DNA of 64,000 nt from Gemmatimonadota bacterium (GTDB lineage: Bacteria > Gemmatimonadota > Gemmatimonadetes > Gemmatimonadales > Gemmatimonadaceae): positions 250,529 to 314,528 of the forward strand of contig JAZJZK010000005.1 of assembly GCA_040389905.1 (NCBI GenBank), read 5' to 3'. This document shows, piece by piece, positions 58,430 through 64,000 of the stretch (position 1 is its first letter; every line of letters starts with the position of its first letter). Position numbers and translations under genes: made by a program. The notes beneath the pieces are model-generated. The model was not told the DNA's origin and searched no databases. It saw only the letters and a list, made by a program, of their open reading frames with translations.

Positions 58430-61180
58430 TTGACGACGCACCTTCGGACGCTCGGACAGATTCAGCTGTACACGGAGGAGGGCGAGGAGCTGCGTGGGTT
58501 ATTGACGCAGCCGAAGCGCCTTGCATTGCTCGTGTACCTCGCATCCTCGTGGAGCGATGGTCGCATGTGCCGGAGGGACGCGTTGCTCGAGATGTTCTGG
58601 CCGGAGGCCGACAGCGAGCGGGCGCGTAACACGCTGCGGCAAGCGGTTCATTTCATCAAGCAGGTGTGCGGCGCGGACATCTTCGCCACGCGCGGCGGCG
58701 ACGAAGTCGGCCTGGTCAGTGGTGCAATCTCCGTCGACATCCTCGCGCTCGACCAACGAGCCGCCGAGGGACGCCATGATGAGGTGGTGGCATTGTATCG
58801 CGGCGAGTTCATGGAAGGGTTCGTGCTTCGCGGCGCGCCAGCGTTCGACCGCTGGCTGCAGGGCGAGCGCACTCGCATCCGAAAGCGCGTTGGGGAGTCC
58901 GCCTGGCTTGCCGCGGACGCACTGCTGACCTCCGGCGACGTGGACGCCGGTCGCCAGATGGGTGAGCGCGCTCTGGCACTGTCGTTGGACGACGAGTCGG
59001 CGGTGCGCCGGTTCATCTCGACGCTCGCGGCGAGCGGAGATCGCGCGGGAGCGCTCGCAGTCTATCAAACGTTCGCCGCTCGCATGGCGAAAGCATATGG
59101 CGTGGGGCCGTCGCCAGAGACGCGCGCAATCGTCGAGGGCTTGGCGCCATCCGAGCATGCGCCGGCGTCGTCAGCGGCACCCGCTGCGTCGAGTAATCGC
59201 CGCCGGTGGATTCCCGCCGCGGCGATCGCCGGCGCCGCTCTCGCCACGGCCGCGTTCCTGTGGCTGCGGCCCTTGATGACCACGCCGCGCGTCGACACCG
59301 ATCCCAATCGCGTCGTCGTGTTGCCGTTCGTGTTGCGGGGGCCCGAGTCGCTACGCTACCTCGAAGACGGCCTGCCGATTCTCCTCGACACGCGACTCGA
59401 TGGCGCGGGCGCCCTGCGCACCGTGGATTCGCGAGCGCTCATCGTGCACTTGGGTCAGGACGGAACGGGCGCGCCGCTCGACCCTCCGCGCGCGCGCGCC
59501 GTCGCTGAACGGTTCGGCGCTCAGTTGTATGTATTGGGCACCATCGTGGGCACGCCGGATCAGCTGCGTTTCAGCGTGTCGTTGTACGATCGCGCGCACG
59601 GCAGCGAACCGATTGCGCACACGGAAGTCGCAGGCGCCGAGACGGAGCTGGTGCATCTCGTTGACCAGCTGGCGACGGAGCTGCTCGCGGCCCGCTTCCA
59701 TGAGGTTGGGGGCACGATTGCCGAAACCGCGGCGCGAACCACCGCATCACTCCCTGCGCTCAAAGCGTGGTTGGTCGGCGAGGCCGCCATCACCGCGGGC
59801 CGCTATGATGCCGCGATGGTCGCCCTGCAGGATGCAATCGAGGCAGACAGCAACTTTGCGATGGCGCACTTTCGACTCGCGGTCGCCGCGGACTGGTCTG
59901 GCCATTCATCGATCGTCACCGCTGAGGCGGATCGCGCGGTGGCGCTCGCAGAGCGGATGAATCCCTCGACGCGTCTCGTGCTGCTTGCCTTCCAGGACAT
60001 GCGCTATGGCAACTACGTGAGTGCGGCGCGCTCCCTGAGAAAAATGCTCGCCGAGCATCCTTCGGCAACGGAAGCATGGTACGAGATGGGTGAGGTGCTG
60101 TTCCACGGCAATCCGCCGCAGGGGCGCCCACTCGTCGACGCGCGCGACGCTTTTGAACGGACGTTGCGGCTCGATCCGCGCAATTTCTCCGCAGTCATTC
60201 ATCTCTCGCGCATTGCTGCAGCGCTGCACGACAGTGCGACGCTCGGCCGCCTCACGCGATCGGGAATCGATTCGAACCCGGATGTTGCGCAGCGTGGCGA
60301 ACTCCTGCTGCTTCGCGCCTTGTCGCTCGGCGATGATGGCGCGCGCCGTCTCTTCCTTGCGCAAGGCGTCAGCCCCGCGCAGGTGGATGCCCTGTGGCGG
60401 TCGATCGAGTACTCCGGCAATCTTGCGGCGGCGGCGCCGATCGTGGACTCGCTCGCCCGCGTCGCGCGTCCGGGCGACCTGCGTTCAGGGCTGCTCCTCC
60501 TCGGGTCTCATATTGCCATGGGCCAGGATCGATTTACAGACGCAAACCGGTACCTGGACTCCCTTGCCGTGCAGGCGCCGCAGAGTGCTGCCGTGACGCG
60601 GCTGCTGCTGGCAGCGCACCCCGCCCTTCCGTCCGCGGACAGATCGAGTCTGCTGCAGCGTGCCATCGCAGGAGCGAGTCCGCTACCCGCCGGATCGCAA
60701 GCTCGTCGAGTGTACACGGCGCAGAGTTTTTCGGATTCCGTGCCGACGCATTCGGCAGGCGCACTGCGCCTTGCGTATGCCGCGCTGCACGACTCGGTCA
60801 AGATGCGAGCACTACGCAACCCACATGATTCGTCTTCGACAGGCCGCATCATTGATCTCACGGAGCAGTTGATGCTTGCCACCGACCATGCGACGCGTGC
60901 CGCAGCGCTGCAACGCGTTGCGCAAATCGATAGTGCATTGGGTGAAAAATTTGCGGGTCAGAGTGCGTTCGCCCCGCGCGCGCGTTTTCAACTGGCGGTT
61001 GCGCGCGCACTCGAGGAGGAAGGTCGCTTTGAGAACGCCTATGCCAGGCTCCAGGCGATCCCCGAGGATTTTGGATTCAACGTCGCGTACATGACTGAGG
61101 TCGAACGCCGGCGTGCCGCACTTCGGGTGAAGTTGGGGCGGCGGCCGGCGTCGGAGCGCGTCAAGTCATCATCGCCCTGA
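58430..61180 (+). CDS. SARP/BTAD-type regulator with TM, TolB-N-like and TPR regions
   Basis: QPKRLALLVYLA, RDALLEMFWPE, LYRGEFMEG, FDRWL, GDRAGAL, PSPET, VVVLPF. Confidence 0.85.
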   Translation: MTTHLRTLGQIQLYTEEGEELRGLLTQPKRLALLVYLASSWSDGRMCRRDALLEMFWPEADSERARNTLRQAVHFIKQVCGADIFATRGGDEVGLVSGAISVDILALDQRAAEGRHDEVVALYRGEFMEGFVLRGAPAFDRWLQGERTRIRKRVGESAWLAADALLTSGDVDAGRQMGERALALSLDDESAVRRFISTLAASGDRAGALAVYQTFAARMAKAYGVGPSPETRAIVEGLAPSEHAPASSAAPAASSNRRRWIPAAAIAGAALATAAFLWLRPLMTTPRVDTDPNRVVVLPFVLRGPESLRYLEDGLPILLDTRLDGAGALRTVDSRALIVHLGQDGTGAPLDPPRARAVAERFGAQLYVLGTIVGTPDQLRFSVSLYDRAHGSEPIAHTEVAGAETELVHLVDQLATELLAARFHEVGGTIAETAARTTASLPALKAWLVGEAAITAGRYDAAMVALQDAIEADSNFAMAHFRLAVAADWSGHSSIVTAEADRAVALAERMNPSTRLVLLAFQDMRYGNYVSAARSLRKMLAEHPSATEAWYEMGEVLFHGNPPQGRPLVDARDAFERTLRLDPRNFSAVIHLSRIAAALHDSATLGRLTRSGIDSNPDVAQRGELLLLRALSLGDDGARRLFLAQGVSPAQVDALWRSIEYSGNLAAAAPIVDSLARVARPGDLRSGLLLLGSHIAMGQDRFTDANRYLDSLAVQAPQSAAVTRLLLAAHPALPSADRSSLLQRAIAGASPLPAGSQARRVYTAQSFSDSVPTHSAGALRLAYAALHDSVKMRALRNPHDSSSTGRIIDLTEQLMLATDHATRAAALQRVAQIDSALGEKFAGQSAFAPRARFQLAVARALEEEGRFENAYARLQAIPEDFGFNVAYMTEVERRRAALRVKLGRRPASERVKSSSP

Positions 61181-62351
61181 GCGCGTCGATCTTCGGACGC
61201 CGGCTCGTAGGGCTGTCGAGGCTGAAGGAGCGGGCATCGCCGAGTTGGTCGCGGACGTAGGCCTCCGTCGCCTCGACCGCAGCGAGCAGTGCCGTGTCCT
61301 TGTGCCCCGAGAACGTGGCCCAGACGATGCGCTGATCGTCGACGTCGTACTCCCAATAGCCGATCAGGCGTCCGCGGTCGAGAATCGCATGTGCTGCGAG
61401 ATCGACGAGATTGCTGCCCGGCCGGTCACCAAAGGTGTGCGTCGCAACGACCATGCGATCCTCATCGGCGACCAACGACGCAACGTCTCGTCGCGCGGCA
61501 GAAATCGCGTCGAGACTACTGACGAGCGCGTACGCCGGCTTCTTCGGCGGGACAAACCCTGCGAACGCGCGCGTAACGTCCGGCAGCAGGAGACGCTCGG
61601 TGTCGCCCGCCGAGACCAAGCCAATCGGCGCGACGGCGTCCTTGGCGGTCTTGACGCCGAGGCCAGAGAACCACTGGAATTCCTTCATGGTGGCCGGTCC
61701 GACCCACGAGAAGAAACGGCGCGCCAACTCGGCGACCGCGTCGGACTCGCTCAACTTGGACGACGCAAGCGCGCTCGGTGTCCACCGCACATACCGGTAG
61801 CGTTGTTGATCGAGACGTCCACCAACCGGCACGCGCCGCACGAGTCCACGCGCTTGCAGCAGGCCGAGCGCGAGGGGCAGGGTGGTGATCATGCCCTTCT
61901 TTTTGCCCTCGTCGCCGAGATTGCGCACGGCACTGCCTACGGACTGCTTGATGGCATCGGGATCCATCGGTTCATCGCTCAGCGATTCGACCACCGCGTC
62001 GCAGAGTTTCGCGATCTCCTTTTCGGTCACGCCGAGCTTGGCCGCGGTCTTCACTTCGGCCTGACCAAAGGCCTGCGCGACGGTCAGCGCGAGCGCGAAG
62101 TCGCTCGCGGGGACGACGTACGTGCACCCGCGCGCGGCGGGCAATTCGTGGACCTCGAGCTTCACGACGGCCGCATCGGTGGCTTCGCGTGTCGTGCCTG
62201 CGCGCGCGAACAGAGAAAGGTATGGTCCGACGCCGCCCACCGATCGCGCCCATCCCGATCGTTCGAGCACGGCCGCCGGCGACGCGTCGCGAAGCGACCC
62301 GTCCAGTCCCTGTCGGTGGAACCACCATGCCCGAAGCGTTGTGTCATTCAT
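61161..62351 (-). CDS. AlkZ/YcaQ-like winged-helix (HTH_42) DNA glycosylase family protein
   Basis: RQGL, PYLSLFAR, ARGCTYVV, RRFFSWVGPATMKEFQWFSGL, ILDRGRLIGYW. Confidence 0.75.
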   Translation of the reverse strand: MNDTTLRAWWFHRQGLDGSLRDASPAAVLERSGWARSVGGVGPYLSLFARAGTTREATDAAVVKLEVHELPAARGCTYVVPASDFALALTVAQAFGQAEVKTAAKLGVTEKEIAKLCDAVVESLSDEPMDPDAIKQSVGSAVRNLGDEGKKKGMITTLPLALGLLQARGLVRRVPVGGRLDQQRYRYVRWTPSALASSKLSESDAVAELARRFFSWVGPATMKEFQWFSGLGVKTAKDAVAPIGLVSAGDTERLLLPDVTRAFAGFVPPKKPAYALVSSLDAISAARRDVASLVADEDRMVVATHTFGDRPGSNLVDLAAHAILDRGRLIGYWEYDVDDQRIVWATFSGHKDTALLAAVEATEAYVRDQLGDARSFSLDSPTSRRPKIDALRAMMT

Positions 62352-63801
62352 TGCCGTTTGTCATCCCGAGCGAGCGAAGCGAGTCGAGGGATCTGCACGT
62401 CTCGTCCTGCAAGAGCGACCATAGCGCCTCGACGTCCGAACGCTCCGTCGCTTCCGTGCCAATCGAAACGCGCACCATCCATCGGCCGTCGAGCTTCGCG
62501 GGCGTGAGATAGGCGCGCCCCGATGCGTTGATGCGCTCCGCCCATGCGAGCGTGTACGCGTCAAGCGCGTCACCGTCCATCCCTTCGGGCTCGTAACGAA
62601 CACACACCGTCTGAAGCGAAACCGGTGCGAGCACTCGCCAGCCGCTCGCCTCCCGAACGTGTGTTGCGAGCCACTGGGCATTCTCGAGGTCCCGCCGGAG
62701 GCGAGCCTGAAGTTGCTCGACTCCTTGTTCACGCAGGTGAAACCAGAGCTTGAGAGCGCGAAACCGGCGACCGAGCGGAATGCCCCAATCACGAAGATTC
62801 TTGACGCGACCATCTGCTGCGGACTGCAGGTAGCTCGGATTGGTCGACATCACACGCACGAGATGCGCCGGATCTCGGACATAATAGAGCGAGCAATCGA
62901 ACGCGACGCCGAGCCACTTGTGGACGTTGATGATGATGGAATCCGCGCCCTCGATCCCCTCCCACATCCAGCGACACTCAGGGAGGATCATCGCCGAGCC
63001 GGCCATCGCGGCGTCCACGTGCAGCCAGAGTCCGTGGTCGGCGGCGATCGGTGCAATCGCGCCAACGGGGTCGAGCGCCGTCGTCGTCGTCGTTCCGGTC
63101 GTGGCGACGACGGCGCAGGGCGTTCGCCCCGCCGAGATATCAGCGGCGATTGCGATCGCCAGAGCATCCGCCTGCATCGCGAACTGCTCGTCATGCGGAA
63201 CGATTCGAACATTGTCTCGCCCGAAGCCTGCGAGCAGCGCCGCCTTCTCCACCGAGCTGTGACTGTGCGCCGACACATACACCACCAGCGTGCGCGCTTC
63301 GCCCTGCAGCCCGCCCCGTGCGAGACTGTAGTTGGTCGTGCGTTCACGCGCGCACAGTAGCGCGATCAGCGTGCTCGTCGACGCGGTATCCTGAATCACG
63401 CCGCTCCACTTGTCTGAAAGTCCGACCATCTGTCGGAGCCAATCGGCCATGACTTCTTCGAGCTCGCTGAGCGCAGGGCTCGATTGCCACGACAAGCCGA
63501 GCACGCCGAGTCCCGTGCTCAGGTAGTCGCCAAGCACACTGGCAAGCCCTCCATTGCAGGGGAAGTAGCCGTAGAACGCCGGGTGTTGCCACAGCGTAAG
63601 GCCGGGAAGAATGATCTCATCGACGTCGCGCAGAATCGCGTCGAACGGCTCCGGCACACTCGGCGGTGACAAGGGGAGGCGGGCCTTGATGTCTCCCGGT
63701 TGTGTGGACGCCATCACCGGCCGGTCGCGTAGCGTCGTCCGGTAGTCGGCGATGTAGTCGATCAGCTGGTGTCCGAATGTGCGGAATTCTTCAGGGGTCA
63801 T
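62344..63801 (-). CDS. PLP-dependent aromatic amino acid (DOPA-type) decarboxylase
   Basis: WQHPAFYGYFP, SPALSELE, HSSVEKA, WLHVDAA.AG, NVHKW (PLP lysine), GRRFRALKLW. Confidence 0.93.
   Translation of the reverse strand: MTPEEFRTFGHQLIDYIADYRTTLRDRPVMASTQPGDIKARLPLSPPSVPEPFDAILRDVDEIILPGLTLWQHPAFYGYFPCNGGLASVLGDYLSTGLGVLGLSWQSSPALSELEEVMADWLRQMVGLSDKWSGVIQDTASTSTLIALLCARERTTNYSLARGGLQGEARTLVVYVSAHSHSSVEKAALLAGFGRDNVRIVPHDEQFAMQADALAIAIAADISAGRTPCAVVATTGTTTTTALDPVGAIAPIAADHGLWLHVDAAMAGSAMILPECRWMWEGIEGADSIIINVHKWLGVAFDCSLYYVRDPAHLVRVMSTNPSYLQSAADGRVKNLRDWGIPLGRRFRALKLWFHLREQGVEQLQARLRRDLENAQWLATHVREASGWRVLAPVSLQTVCVRYEPEGMDGDALDAYTLAWAERINASGRAYLTPAKLDGRWMVRVSIGTEATERSDVEALWSLLQDETCRSLDSLRSLGMTNGNE
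62358..62398. repeat. Family A repeat half forming the decarboxylase C-terminus
   Basis: TTGTCATCCCGAGCGAGCGAAGCGAGTCGAGGGATCTGCAC; read as CRSLDSLRSLGMT. Confidence 0.85.
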
Positions 63802-63897
63802 TGTGGCGGGAATATATGTGCGCCTCAGAGGCAGGGGGCAGGGACAAATAACGGTTCCTTTCGTTTTTGTCGCCCTGAGCCGAGGCGAAGGGAAGGC

Positions 63898-64000
63898 CGT
63901 AGTTGAAGGTCGTGGTTGAAGGACGTAGTTGAAGGTCGTAGTTGAAAGGACGTAGTTGAAGGACGTAGTTGAAGGACGTAGTTGAAGGACGTAGTTGAAG
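63898..64000. repeat. 13-bp tandem repeat (CGTAGTTGAAGGA), about 8 copies, cut by the window end
   Basis: Read directly; minor variants and no spacers; preceded by a family A half at about 63867-63892. Confidence 0.9.

Noticed and set aside
63898..64000. Possible CRISPR array
   Set aside because: 13-bp units are directly adjacent with no unique spacers, and there are no cas genes

Overview
High-GC bacterial window; the gene repertoire (BTAD-TPR regulator, Big_2 lipoprotein, many exported hydrolases, PEP-CTERM) suggests Gemmatimonadota, but this is inference. In order it holds: a methionine-salvage cluster (mtnB-mtnD-mtnC between an AI-2E transporter and an NCS2-like permease); a MazEF-type TA pair; a four-gene restriction-like defence operon (DUF499 ATPase, small accessory protein, DUF1156 DNA methyltransferase, PLD-SNF2 helicase) with a divergent XRE gene and two palindromic operators; a Uma2 nuclease; an 11-gene type II secretion cluster (G-F-H-I-J-K-L-M-C-D-E); a DUF305 + LVIVD pair; a second MazEF; TetR-HlyD-ABC efflux genes; two pseudogene remnants; many exported hydrolases; a PEP-CTERM gene with a sigma54-like promoter; and GT61, BTAD, AlkZ/YcaQ-like and PLP-decarboxylase genes. 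At least three families of short palindromic interspersed repeats occur throughout. Four copies are read in frame inside proteins (MtnC loop, GspD signal peptide, GspH prepilin leader, decarboxylase C-terminus). No rRNA, tRNA, CRISPR array, integrase or transposase was recognised. All family calls come from motifs recognised by eye, not from database searches.
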